Virus genome (UHGV): UHGV-1541059
Origin: a virus
Reading direction: 5' to 3' (one strand)
Length of the DNA: 47,311 bases
The translations under genes and the position numbers were made by a program. Shown in pieces: positions 35,446-43,820 of this stretch; the stretch's first letter is position 1, and every line of letters begins with the position of its first letter. Under the pieces are notes generated by a model. It searched no databases. It was not told where the DNA came from and was given only the letters and a program-made list of their open reading frames with translations.

Positions 35446-35631
35446 ATGTGGAACGACCTAACGTTACCGGACCCGGTATTACCTAAGCTATTCACCCGCG
35501 TATGGGTGAAGACTGACACCGGGCGACAGGTTGCCGCCTATCTCAATGATGCTGGCGAATGGGTAATTCTTTGCCCGCGCGTGGCGAAAACCCATCCGAA
35601 AATTGTTAAATGGAGCTATGGCTATGAGTAA
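35446..35631 (+). CDS. Hypothetical small protein (61 aa)
   Basis: Coupled ORF in head-tail joining region. Confidence 0.4.
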   Translation: MWNDLTLPDPVLPKLFTRVWVKTDTGRQVAAYLNDAGEWVILCPRVAKTHPKIVKWSYGYE

Positions 35632-35992
35632 GATTGCGCGATTCAGCTACAAGGCATTAGCCACCATTTACCCCGTAACGCGTGACGACTGGACAAACTC
35701 CGATGTATACGGTGCACCATACCTGATTGATTGCTCATGGGAGCGCACAGACGGCACTGCAACAGACACAAACGGCAATGAGGTTAGCAATACAATAACT
35801 GTATTTACCGAACTGCTTCACAATATGCAGCCAGTGCAGCGCCCGGAAAAAGGCTGGATGATTGCCACTGGCGACACCACTGATATTTCCGACCCGCTGG
35901 CGGCAGGTGCGAACGTTATAACCGGAATCGTTGAATGGGATATGAGCATGTTTAACGACACGCCGGATTATAAGATCGTGACAGGGGGTTAA
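35618..35992 (+). CDS. Putative head-tail joining protein
   Basis: Start at MAMSKIARF after GGAG (track TTG 35603); position. Confidence 0.45.
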   Translation: MAMSKIARFSYKALATIYPVTRDDWTNSDVYGAPYLIDCSWERTDGTATDTNGNEVSNTITVFTELLHNMQPVQRPEKGWMIATGDTTDISDPLAAGANVITGIVEWDMSMFNDTPDYKIVTGG

Positions 35993-35994
35993 TC

Positions 35995-36435
35995 ATGCCT
36001 ATCAAGGGTGTTAAACGTGTCAGGGAGCGATTAAAGCAGGAGCTAAAGGAAATCACAGATAAGAAAACTCATGAGGTGTTATGGCGAGTAGGGATGCTGG
36101 CTGGTGGCTTCGCGGCGAACATGACCCCCGTTGATACGGGTTTTTTAATTAACAGCCAATTTCAGTATATAGGTAGCACGGCGGAGGGTATGCAGTTACG
36201 GCTGGGATATACGGCCCGGTATGCTGAATGGGTGCACAATATGCCAGGTAAATTAAAAGGACAGCCGCGCGAACATTTCGGCAAGACTAGCGAAGGGGTT
36301 GAATTCGGCGGCGGTACTGGAAAAGGTAAATATTGGGACCCAAACGCGGAGCCGGAATTTTTGCGCAAGGCATTCGAAGATCCAAACAACGCTGACGATA
36401 TTTATAAAGAGATTGTAGAAGGTTACAAAACATGA
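35995..36435 (+). CDS. Putative tail-connector / neck protein
   Basis: 146 aa; assigned by position upstream of tail genes. Confidence 0.45.
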   Translation: MPIKGVKRVRERLKQELKEITDKKTHEVLWRVGMLAGGFAANMTPVDTGFLINSQFQYIGSTAEGMQLRLGYTARYAEWVHNMPGKLKGQPREHFGKTSEGVEFGGGTGKGKYWDPNAEPEFLRKAFEDPNNADDIYKEIVEGYKT

Positions 36436-36818
36436 AACGCAGCGAAGTATACGACGAAATAAGGGATTGGATTAAATCCCACGGGTACGATGAAGGCTAT
36501 ATTTTGCAGGCCCGTTTCTGGAATGAGCGATCCAATTCAAATAACGACAGATACATTGTCATCCAGCAAAACGGCGGCGCGGCTGGTGAGGAAGCAATAA
36601 CCCGTGATTATTTCCGCATCCTGGTTATTTCGGCGCGGAATGACGCAAATATTAGTGAAGTGGAAGACCTCGCCGACGCAATACGTCAAAGTATGTTAAC
36701 AGAATATAAAACTGATAAAATTACACACATGAAGCCAGTTGGCGCTATTCCTGCGATGCAGACAAGAGAAGGGCGCTTTATTTTTACCGTAGCTTTTCAA
36801 ACCATCATATCTAGATAA
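36432..36818 (+). CDS. Putative tail completion / terminator protein
   Basis: 128 aa directly upstream of major tail gene. Confidence 0.45.
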   Translation: MKRSEVYDEIRDWIKSHGYDEGYILQARFWNERSNSNNDRYIVIQQNGGAAGEEAITRDYFRILVISARNDANISEVEDLADAIRQSMLTEYKTDKITHMKPVGAIPAMQTREGRFIFTVAFQTIISR

Positions 36819-36830
36819 GAGGTAATAAAC

Positions 36831-37307
36831 ATGTCTCAGACTTGCGAAAAAGGCGCGTTTTTGGGCCGCGACGTGGCTGTATTCTTCGCTATCGCTTGTC
36901 CTAACGCGAAGCCGTTAGATGACGACTACAAAGCGTTAGGAATGATGCGCGGCAAAACGCTCTCAGTCGAATGGGAAACCGCAGACGCCACCGCTGATAA
37001 ATCAGCAGACTACACGAAAGAATCAATGGTTACTTACAAATCTGTTTCTTTCTCCGGCGATGGTGTATCGCGTACTGAAGCAATCCATAATCAGAAAGAA
37101 CTGAAGCGTCACGTTATTAACCCTGGTGAAACAACCGGATCTCAGCCTTATGTGTGGCTTAAACTTGTTTCTCCGGTTGATGTAACTGAAGGTCCATTCC
37201 TTTGCACTTCCTTTAAAGAGGAAGACCCGAACGATGATGTCTCCACCTGGTCTATTGAGTGCTCAAGCGCTGGTAAGGTGACGGTTGGCGACATCCCAGC
37301 AGCATAA
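36831..37307 (+). CDS. Major tail (tube) protein
   Basis: 158 aa followed by strong terminator, upstream of chaperone and tape measure (lambda V position). Confidence 0.65.
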   Translation: MSQTCEKGAFLGRDVAVFFAIACPNAKPLDDDYKALGMMRGKTLSVEWETADATADKSADYTKESMVTYKSVSFSGDGVSRTEAIHNQKELKRHVINPGETTGSQPYVWLKLVSPVDVTEGPFLCTSFKEEDPNDDVSTWSIECSSAGKVTVGDIPAA

Positions 37308-37325
37308 TAATCAATATTAATAATC

Positions 37326-37348
37326 GGGGCCGTTGGCCCCTTTCTTTT
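37326..37348 (+). terminator. Intrinsic terminator after major tail gene
   Basis: GGGGCC-gtt-GGCCCC followed by TTTCTTTT. Confidence 0.65.
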
Positions 37349-37360
37349 AGGGTGAAAACT

Positions 37361-38038
37361 ATGATTCATGTTCGAACAGGACAATTTGCGGCGGTGGTAG
37401 ACGGCAGGCGGTATGTGTTTAATCCCTGTTTCGCTGCAATGGCTAAGATCGGCAGTGACAGAGAACTGGTCGAATACTTCGCAACCATCCACGGTGGCAA
37501 ATATCCATCACGATTGCCAGCAGATCCAGACCTACGCAATCGCATTCTGGCGCGGTGTTATGGTGAGATAGTGCAAACGTCAATACACATCCTGAAATGT
37601 TGCTCAGAAGACGAAATAGGCCCGTTATTGGGTGAATGTAGGTTTACTCCTTCCGGCAAATTGCGACTAAAACCCGGACTGATGCCGACCAGTGACGTTA
37701 TCACGCTGGCGCAACATTGCATGTACCACGGGTTAATCGGTGACGGGCCAGAAGAAGACGCCGGAGAGATCCGGGAAGGGGAATATAAGCCGACTTTTAA
37801 CGTGCTGGAATTCGTTTATTCTGCCGTAGCTCACCTGGGATTATCTGAATCAGAAGCGTGGAATATGACAATGACCGGATATAGGGCCGCTGTACGCGCT
37901 AAAACGCCGCCAGACGAAAGAAACGAGAGAAGCAAGCCAAACGTTCACATAAATAAACGTGCTTATGACGAGCAAATGGAGGCCGCTAAAAAGGCACTAG
38001 AAAGAATGAAAAATAGCAAGCAAGAAAAAGCCCGGTAG
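37361..38038 (+). CDS. Putative tail assembly chaperone (G/T position)
   Basis: Single 226-aa ORF between major tail and tape measure; no frameshift partner seen. Confidence 0.35.
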   Translation: MIHVRTGQFAAVVDGRRYVFNPCFAAMAKIGSDRELVEYFATIHGGKYPSRLPADPDLRNRILARCYGEIVQTSIHILKCCSEDEIGPLLGECRFTPSGKLRLKPGLMPTSDVITLAQHCMYHGLIGDGPEEDAGEIREGEYKPTFNVLEFVYSAVAHLGLSESEAWNMTMTGYRAAVRAKTPPDERNERSKPNVHINKRAYDEQMEAAKKALERMKNSKQEKAR

Positions 38039-38046
38039 ATCCGGGC
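38030..38046. terminator. Bidirectional hairpin between convergent genes
   Basis: GCCCGG-tagat-CCGGGC; A-run on one side gives a U-run for the minus-strand transcript. Confidence 0.4.
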
Positions 38047-38053
38047 GTTCATC

Positions 38054-38473
38054 TTATTTGATTCTAACAATATCAATAAAACCGTTACCCAAATCTACAA
38101 TTGCGTGATTTTTTGCACCCGCGCCGCCTTCATTAAAAATTCTTTCCGCGAAAGCAACTTTATTTGCCTTACACTCGTTTGCTATCCTGTTTTTTATTTC
38201 GCTATTATTTTCAAAGACTGCGCCTACAGCGGCCTCGTTTACAAGGCCATAATTAAACCAACGAGCATAAACTGGTTTACCTTCAAATTTTTTATCAATT
38301 GCCTTAAAAAGAATTGCTGGCGCGGCAGGTTCTTTTTTGATCATGTCGTGATATGCGGCTACATGGTTTGCCACTTCTTCACAGTTAATGCTTATGGCCT
38401 CGTTAGCGTTCGCGTTAAATGCGAGTGCGGCAATCACAGTAAGTGCCATTTTTGCTAACCGTTTCATAATCAA
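38054..38473 (-). CDS. Secreted protein, reverse-oriented moron in tail module
   Basis: N-terminal signal peptide MKRLAKMALTVIAALAFNANA; two Cys in mature part; opposite strand to flanking tail genes. Confidence 0.6.
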   Translation of the reverse strand: MIMKRLAKMALTVIAALAFNANANEAISINCEEVANHVAAYHDMIKKEPAAPAILFKAIDKKFEGKPVYARWFNYGLVNEAAVGAVFENNSEIKNRIANECKANKVAFAERIFNEGGAGAKNHAIVDLGNGFIDIVRIK

Positions 38474-38535
38474 CTCCTACCGCTTATTCTAATTTGCTAA
38501 ATGCTTCATTTAACTTAGTTATACACGCATATTGT

Positions 38536-38619
38536 TTATTTTTTAAGTGCTTTTAACATTTCTTCGATGAAGTCCGCATAGCGTTCATGTTCATTGGGGC
38601 GGTAGTTTACGTTTTTCAT
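38536..38619 (-). CDS. 27-aa peptide (MKNVNYRPNEHERYADFIEEMLKALKK) upstream of the secreted-protein gene
   Basis: Strong GGAGG RBS 7-8 nt upstream of ATG on minus strand. Confidence 0.35.
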   Translation of the reverse strand: MKNVNYRPNEHERYADFIEEMLKALKK

Positions 38620-38696
38620 TTTCTTATCCTCCTTCTCTCCCCCCCGGTTAATCCGGCCTTTTAAATCCCTTTGCTCTATCCCTTTCCTTTAGCCTC

Positions 38697-38740
38697 TTTA
38701 TACAAAATGGAGTCGTTACAGTAAAGCCATTTTGTATAAA
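38697..38740. promoter_or_regulatory. Perfect inverted repeat of the recurrent motif; candidate divergent promoters for tape measure (+) and the moron (-)
   Basis: TTTATACAAAATGG-16 nt-CCATTTTGTATAAA; on each strand motif, 1 nt, hexamer, 17 nt, TATAAA. Confidence 0.45.
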
Positions 38741-38777
38741 ATAGAGGCATAGATCACATTTTGTATGAGGTTAAATC

Positions 38778-41120
38778 ATGGCTACCAGTGTAGGTACAAT
38801 TTATTACGAAGTTGATGCAAAAACTGGTCAACTTCTCGTTGCACAACGACAGGCAGACCAGGCCTTTGACCGTATAGAGCGCGGCGCAAAACAGGCTGAC
38901 CGCCAGGTAAACACCCTGAAAACATCCATCAAGGCACTGACCAGGGTTATCCATTTGCTAATTGCTGCGGAGGCTGTGCGCCAATTCATGGATATGGCGG
39001 AGCAAGCAAAAATGCTTCGCGTAAAAATCAAAATGCTTACGGGCGATGCGGAGTCCGCCGGACGGGTTTTTGATGGCCTGAAAGCAATATCAAAAGAAAC
39101 AGGCCAAAGCATGAAGGATACCGGGGATCTGTGGCAAGGCTTAGCTATCTCACTGAAGAACACGTCCGCCACTGAAGGGCAATTGCTTAACCTGGTAGGT
39201 ACGATTCAGAAAATGGGGGCGTTGGGCGGCGCGTCAGCGGAGCAGATGTCAAACTCAATGCGTCAATTCCGTCAGTCTATCGACGGTGGCGTGTTGCGTG
39301 CTGAAGAATTCAACAGCCTGTTAGAAAACACCCCGACCATCGTACAGACAATGGCACGCCAGATGGGGTTATCAATGGGCCAATTCCGCGCCGAAATGCT
39401 GGACGGTAAGATCACGGCAGAAAGGATGGTTAACGCAATCCAGGCGGCTACGCAGGAAACAAACGAGAAGTTTGCGCAGTTGCCGCGCACATCCGGCATG
39501 GCCCTGAATGAGCTTAAAGTCGAGGTTATGGGACTTGTTGAGCAATTGGATGATCTTTTCGGTGTATCCGATACGGTTGTTGCTGGTATCGATCTTGTAA
39601 CGAAAGGTGTTAAGGCTTTAGGTGAAGGCGCTGATTTCGCTAAAACCTGCTTTAACACCCTGAAGACGGCTGGTGGCGAATTCATCGACATGTTTGAAGA
39701 TGTCAGAATCAAGGCTGGCGAGGTAGCCGAGAAGATCATCGCAATGGTGACGCCAATCAAGGCACTAATGGATGCCTACAAATGGATGAAGGAGGTCGTA
39801 GGAGAGAAAACCGACGAATATAACAGCAACTACGAGAAGAAATACGGTAAGACTGTTGGCAAGGTCATGCAACTACAGGATGATCTGACCGCAGCAATCC
39901 AGGCTACAGAAGAAGCAAGGAAAAATGAACAGAATGCCGCCAATGACGGAGCGATTACCGGATTCGACAAGCCAGTAGACAAACCGAAAAAACAGAAAAA
40001 AGAGAAGAAATCTGAAGCTGATCGTCTTGGCGATAAAGGTATAAGCGTTTCTGACCAGTACAACAAAGACGCCGCCGCTATGCGCAAAGCGTTAGAGAAC
40101 GGCAAGGCCATTGATGCTGCATTCGCCCAGGGTAAAATCACTCTCCTTGAGTACCGCGCCGCGCAAAAAGGGATAGGTAAGGAACTGAAGGAAGAATTAG
40201 CGCAAATTCCGGTAGATGAATTGCGTGATAAATGGGCGCAAATAGTAAGCCCGATGGATCAGCTTAAAGGCGAGGTTGACCCTATTCAGCAGGCACAAAA
40301 TGAATGGGCCGTTCGTAAGCAAATGCTTATCGACCTGGGAGCTACCGAAGCGCAACAGAAACAGGAATTGTTAGCCTATGAGCAACAGATCCGCGATCTG
40401 AAGTGGGAGCAGTGGCAAGCGCAAAGCGACACTAACGGCCTGATCGGTGATTGCGTTAATGGCCTTAAAGGTGGTATGAGCAATGCACTTGTTGGCCTGT
40501 TAAACGGTACTCAATCATTAAGCGATGTTTTTGCTAACTTAGGTAGCAATATCCTCGGCAATATTGGTAGCAGACTTTCAGATATAGCCGCTGACTGGAT
40601 AGCAGATCAAATCATGATGGAGACACAAAGCAAGGCCACGCAAGCAAGTACAACGGCGGGCGCGGTAGCGGCGCAAGGCCAGATTGCTGCGGCGGCGGCC
40701 CCGGCGGCGGCGGCAACAGCGGCGTCAACTGGCGGCGCATGGGCTGCGGCTGGTTCTGCGGCACTCACTGCGATCATGTCGCTGGCTACGTCAATTTTCG
40801 GCGGTGGTCGCTTTAATGGTGGTAGCGTTATTGGTGGCAATATGTACCGCGTAGGGGAACACAACAGGCCGGAGCTATTCCAGACATCTAACGGAAATCA
40901 ATATATGATCCCAGGCGAGAATGGCAGGGTTATTCCTGGGCGTGATATTGGCGGTGGCGGCGGCATTAGTATGCCTGTCAATATCAACATTCAGACCACA
41001 AACGGATTTAGCGACGAAGACAGTCGCAGACTTGAGCAAACAATGGAACGTGTAGCAATGAAGATGATAACAAGGGAATCACAAAGACCTGGAGGAATAT
41101 TGCAACCGCGCCGCAAATAA
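38778..41120 (+). CDS. Tail tape measure protein
   Basis: 780 aa, coiled-coil rich, Ala/Gly-rich hydrophobic segment near C-terminus; position. Confidence 0.85.
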   Translation: MATSVGTIYYEVDAKTGQLLVAQRQADQAFDRIERGAKQADRQVNTLKTSIKALTRVIHLLIAAEAVRQFMDMAEQAKMLRVKIKMLTGDAESAGRVFDGLKAISKETGQSMKDTGDLWQGLAISLKNTSATEGQLLNLVGTIQKMGALGGASAEQMSNSMRQFRQSIDGGVLRAEEFNSLLENTPTIVQTMARQMGLSMGQFRAEMLDGKITAERMVNAIQAATQETNEKFAQLPRTSGMALNELKVEVMGLVEQLDDLFGVSDTVVAGIDLVTKGVKALGEGADFAKTCFNTLKTAGGEFIDMFEDVRIKAGEVAEKIIAMVTPIKALMDAYKWMKEVVGEKTDEYNSNYEKKYGKTVGKVMQLQDDLTAAIQATEEARKNEQNAANDGAITGFDKPVDKPKKQKKEKKSEADRLGDKGISVSDQYNKDAAAMRKALENGKAIDAAFAQGKITLLEYRAAQKGIGKELKEELAQIPVDELRDKWAQIVSPMDQLKGEVDPIQQAQNEWAVRKQMLIDLGATEAQQKQELLAYEQQIRDLKWEQWQAQSDTNGLIGDCVNGLKGGMSNALVGLLNGTQSLSDVFANLGSNILGNIGSRLSDIAADWIADQIMMETQSKATQASTTAGAVAAQGQIAAAAAPAAAATAASTGGAWAAAGSAALTAIMSLATSIFGGGRFNGGSVIGGNMYRVGEHNRPELFQTSNGNQYMIPGENGRVIPGRDIGGGGGISMPVNINIQTTNGFSDEDSRRLEQTMERVAMKMITRESQRPGGILQPRRK

Positions 41121-41126
41121 ACGAAA

Positions 41127-41156
41127 CCCCGGTACAATGCCGGGGTTATCTTTTAG
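41127..41156. terminator. Bidirectional intrinsic terminator after tape measure gene
   Basis: CCCCGG-tacaatg-CCGGGG followed by TTATCTTTTAGTT; also downstream of minus-strand gene 41153-41329. Confidence 0.6.
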
Positions 41157-41329
41157 TTATTCTCAAAACTTGTATATCCTCTTTCAATTTTCCCGCCTCT
41201 TACACTTCTTGCAAATACTGCATCATTATGTTTGAAAAATGGTTCAGTATATGTGTCTCCTTTACTATCCATCCATTTCACGATCCAGGCTATACGTTTT
41301 ACATTGCTTTTATTTGCCGGGTTTTTCAT
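41153..41329 (-). CDS. Hypothetical 58-aa protein (reverse-oriented cassette gene 3)
   Basis: GGAGGAAAATAAA-ATG on minus strand; MKNPANKSNVKRIAWIVKWMDSKGDTYTEPFF... Confidence 0.4.
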   Translation of the reverse strand: MKNPANKSNVKRIAWIVKWMDSKGDTYTEPFFKHNDAVFARSVRGGKIERGYTSFENN

Positions 41330-41447
41330 TTTATTTTCCTCCGCAAATTACAATCTTCCGTTTCTGGCTATATAGCTGCGAGAAAACATTACCAACCAAA
41401 TATTCCAGATCTCCCTCCAGGTGAATTTATCGTCCTCCATACCCACC

Positions 41448-41702
41448 TCACTTATGGCAACCGCGAACGCCAGACAATTCATTGAATTTATGGTGTTCAA
41501 CAATCACCCACTCTTTCAGATCCTGGCTATAGACTCGCCAGTCTAAATTGGCGCGGAAGGCGTAGCCGTAACCGTCTTTCAATTTTTTGGGTGACGCATT
41601 CTTGTTTAAAAACGCGTTCAAAAGTTCCTTTGCTTTTTTGACTACATGTCCCGGCGCGTTTTTCTGTGCTTTCAGATTTTTGTCAATCGCTACCAGTTTC
41701 AT
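41448..41702 (-). CDS. Hypothetical 84-aa basic protein (reverse-oriented cassette gene 2)
   Basis: GGGGTGAG RBS; ...GYGYAFRANLDWRVYSQDLKEWVIVEHHKFN... Confidence 0.5.
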   Translation of the reverse strand: MKLVAIDKNLKAQKNAPGHVVKKAKELLNAFLNKNASPKKLKDGYGYAFRANLDWRVYSQDLKEWVIVEHHKFNELSGVRGCHK

Positions 41703-41719
41703 AACTCACCCCATCATCC

Positions 41720-41875
41720 TTAGTTAAGTGCCTTCAGGAAGAAGTCCCGGTATTCATCTTCTTTTGCATTCATCATGAATTGACCGTATTTGAATGCGTC
41801 GTCGAAACCCTTAACGATTGCTATTTCCACTTGTTCGAATGCGTTGTTTAGCATTACCACTACATAGCGTTTCAT
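41720..41875 (-). CDS. Hypothetical 51-aa protein (reverse-oriented cassette gene 1)
   Basis: GGAGG RBS then ATG; MKRYVVVMLNNAFEQVEIAIVKGFDDAFKYGQ... Confidence 0.45.
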   Translation of the reverse strand: MKRYVVVMLNNAFEQVEIAIVKGFDDAFKYGQFMMNAKEDEYRDFFLKALN

Positions 41876-41946
41876 TTTGGGCCTCCTTCGTTGGTACTGC
41901 TTTTCTTCTTGCTTTCTGTATACATCTTGTTGCGAACTATGTGAAG

Positions 41947-41969
41947 CCATTTTGTAAACTAGCTATAAT
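41947..41969 (-). promoter_or_regulatory. Motif copy plus candidate promoter for the 41875-41153 minus-strand cassette
   Basis: Minus strand: GTTTACAAAATGG-c-TTCACA-17 nt-TATACA. Confidence 0.4.
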
Positions 41970-42043
41970 CATTGTGATGAAGATCTCATTTTTCGCGTAG
42001 AAGCGCGTAAATATATATACAAAATGTAACTTATGGGGGTTTT

Positions 42044-42397
42044 ATGCCGGAAGTTTTCAGATGGACGCCGCAAAGAAGCTACAGCGTGACCAGGGAGCCA
42101 AACGTATCTGTCATTAAACTTGGTGATGGGTATGAACAACGCCAGGCGAAAGGGATTAACACATTACTTGATAGTTACACCCTGGTTTTTAAAGGCAGTA
42201 GTGCAGGATGCGGCGATGGTGGGAATGTAGCGATCCAGGCGGAAGCATTCTTGAGGGCGCGCGGCGCTGTCGAGGCTTTTTACTGGTCGCCGTCGATGGA
42301 TAACGTGCAAAGGCTTTTTGTTTGCCGCCGATGGAGCATGACTAAAGACGGGTCTTTGTACACGCTAAACGCAACGTTTGAGCAGGTCGTCAGATGA
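42044..42397 (+). CDS. M: Minor tail protein M
   Basis: FRW...GDGYEQR...FEQVV matches lambda gpM as recalled; 117 aa. Confidence 0.75.
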   Translation: MPEVFRWTPQRSYSVTREPNVSVIKLGDGYEQRQAKGINTLLDSYTLVFKGSSAGCGDGGNVAIQAEAFLRARGAVEAFYWSPSMDNVQRLFVCRRWSMTKDGSLYTLNATFEQVVR

Positions 42398-42594
42398 TGG
42401 AGGTTAATATGTATGGTATTTGTGTAGTGGACCGCACTGGCGCTTTTACATTGTTTGACGACTATGAAATCAACGATCTTACTGTAAAGGCTGATAATGG
42501 CGAGATCTGGTATCTTCATGATGTTGGTGACGGGTATGTCGGATGCAGATCGAGAGAGGGTAGGGAAGTTTTATTTTTACTTGATGGCGTATAA
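42394..42594 (+). CDS. Hypothetical 66-aa protein coupled to M
   Basis: ATGA overlap with M stop; followed by terminator. Confidence 0.4.
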   Translation: MMEVNMYGICVVDRTGAFTLFDDYEINDLTVKADNGEIWYLHDVGDGYVGCRSREGREVLFLLDGV

Positions 42595-42600
42595 ACACGA

Positions 42601-42628
42601 CCCCGCGCGAAGCGGGGTTATTATTATT
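42601..42628. terminator. Intrinsic terminator (bidirectional) between the M operon and the reverse cassette
   Basis: CCCCGCG-cgaa-GCGGGG followed by TTATTATTATT. Confidence 0.6.
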
Positions 42629-42740
42629 CCATTTCCATTAATGCTATATTTTCCGCTATCGTTTTCCAGTCCAGATTTACAGCATGAACACCAAATACTA
42701 TCAATCCCATTGCGATTAGTGCTAAAACTTCGATTTTCAT
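42624..42740 (-). CDS. 38-aa membrane peptide (MKIEVLALIAMGLIVFGVHAVNLDWKTIAENIALMEME)
   Basis: GAGG RBS on minus strand; hydrophobic helix; last gene of reverse cassette. Confidence 0.35.
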   Translation of the reverse strand: MKIEVLALIAMGLIVFGVHAVNLDWKTIAENIALMEME

Positions 42741-42831
42741 AATCAACCTCACTTAATTAAGAAAGGCATAAACGATGGCAATCGCGCCAGCCACTACCAA
42801 AACATTTCGATCACTTCGTCTACTTTATTGA

Positions 42832-43035
42832 TTAAGGTAACTCCACTTCGTTAAATGTAACAAGCACCCCTTGATTTTCTTTATTTATAATTATGAAGGC
42901 ATTAATTGAAGGCAGACATCTTTCCACGCGGTAAACGTCACCAATATCTAAACTGTAATATTCTGTTAATTCTCTATTGTTCCCTTTAGCAAAACCCGTA
43001 AACCTAACCATTTTTTGACCGTCGTACTTTAACAT
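42832..43035 (-). CDS. Hypothetical 67-aa protein (reverse cassette)
   Basis: Minus-strand ORF coupled to upstream gene. Confidence 0.45.
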   Translation of the reverse strand: MLKYDGQKMVRFTGFAKGNNRELTEYYSLDIGDVYRVERCLPSINAFIIINKENQGVLVTFNEVELP

Positions 43036-43043
43036 ATACAGTC

Positions 43044-43292
43044 CTATAGGTTATCACGCAGATAATTAACGCCTTTGTCAGTGACGAATGAGTGATTAAC
43101 CTGGTTTTCATCCGTCATGATGATGAATAACTTTTCCTGTAGGTATTTCGCTTTTGGGTACAGCGTTAAACAGACCTGGTACAGTATCCCGCGCTCAATC
43201 AGCAAATCAATAAATTCGTGCTCATGATAACCGACGAGGCGGGCGGCTTGTTTCAACGTGTACACATAATCGCCGTGATTGCGCCGCCCCAT
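43044..43292 (-). CDS. Hypothetical 82-aa protein, possible HTH (reverse cassette)
   Basis: YTLKQAARLVGYHEHEFIDLLIERGIL resembles a DNA-binding helix-turn-helix. Confidence 0.45.
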   Translation of the reverse strand: MGRRNHGDYVYTLKQAARLVGYHEHEFIDLLIERGILYQVCLTLYPKAKYLQEKLFIIMTDENQVNHSFVTDKGVNYLRDNL

Positions 43293-43301
43293 GTTGCCGC
43301 C

Positions 43302-43652
43302 TTATTTATCGAATGCGCCCAGGTTATCTATGCAGAAGTCTTTCGCAGCTTTTTCGTATTCGCGTTTTGCTTGCGGATCGTCTGCCGGGAAACCTTTTGC
43401 GTGTATTTCACCAGGGCAAGACTGATCCATAGAGTCTGCAAATTCAACATTGACGTTAAAGTTAATATCTTTCGGGTTCATCTCTTCCACCTTATCCGGC
43501 ACTTGCACCGGAGTAATATCAAAATCACGAGCGTTAGACCAACAGCGAAGTAACTCACGACCTTCATCACGCGCTGCGACGTATGTGTCGAACAGGCCCA
43601 TGCGCTCCCATTCACATTTATCAGTCCATATTTCTAAACTATATTTTTGCAT
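43302..43652 (-). CDS. Hypothetical 116-aa acidic protein (reverse cassette)
   Basis: Minus-strand ORF; no recognisable motif. Confidence 0.5.
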   Translation of the reverse strand: MQKYSLEIWTDKCEWERMGLFDTYVAARDEGRELLRCWSNARDFDITPVQVPDKVEEMNPKDINFNVNVEFADSMDQSCPGEIHAKGFPADDPQAKREYEKAAKDFCIDNLGAFDK

Positions 43653-43664
43653 TTTGTTAAACCA

Positions 43665-43820
43665 TCATTTGACAGGTTCGAGTCTGTATCCCAAAACTCT
43701 TTCGTCTTCAGCGAGTAAGAGCGCGTCAGTAAGTGCATCGCCTTCATCTTTATACAGGGCAACAGTCATTTCCCTGCCGTCTGTCAGAAATACCTTCAAC
43801 CTCCACACCTTATCAGCCAT
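43665..43820 (-). CDS. Hypothetical 51-aa protein, first gene of reverse cassette
   Basis: GGAGGTGTGAG-ATG on minus strand; motif copy GTTAACAAAATGG immediately upstream (43835-43847); track ORF extends to 43895. Confidence 0.45.
   Translation of the reverse strand: MADKVWRLKVFLTDGREMTVALYKDEGDALTDALLLAEDERVLGYRLEPVK

Noticed and set aside
38105-38458. 117-aa plus-strand ORF antisense to the secreted-protein gene
   Set aside because: The minus-strand ORF has a clear signal peptide, RBS and terminator; the plus-strand frame has none.
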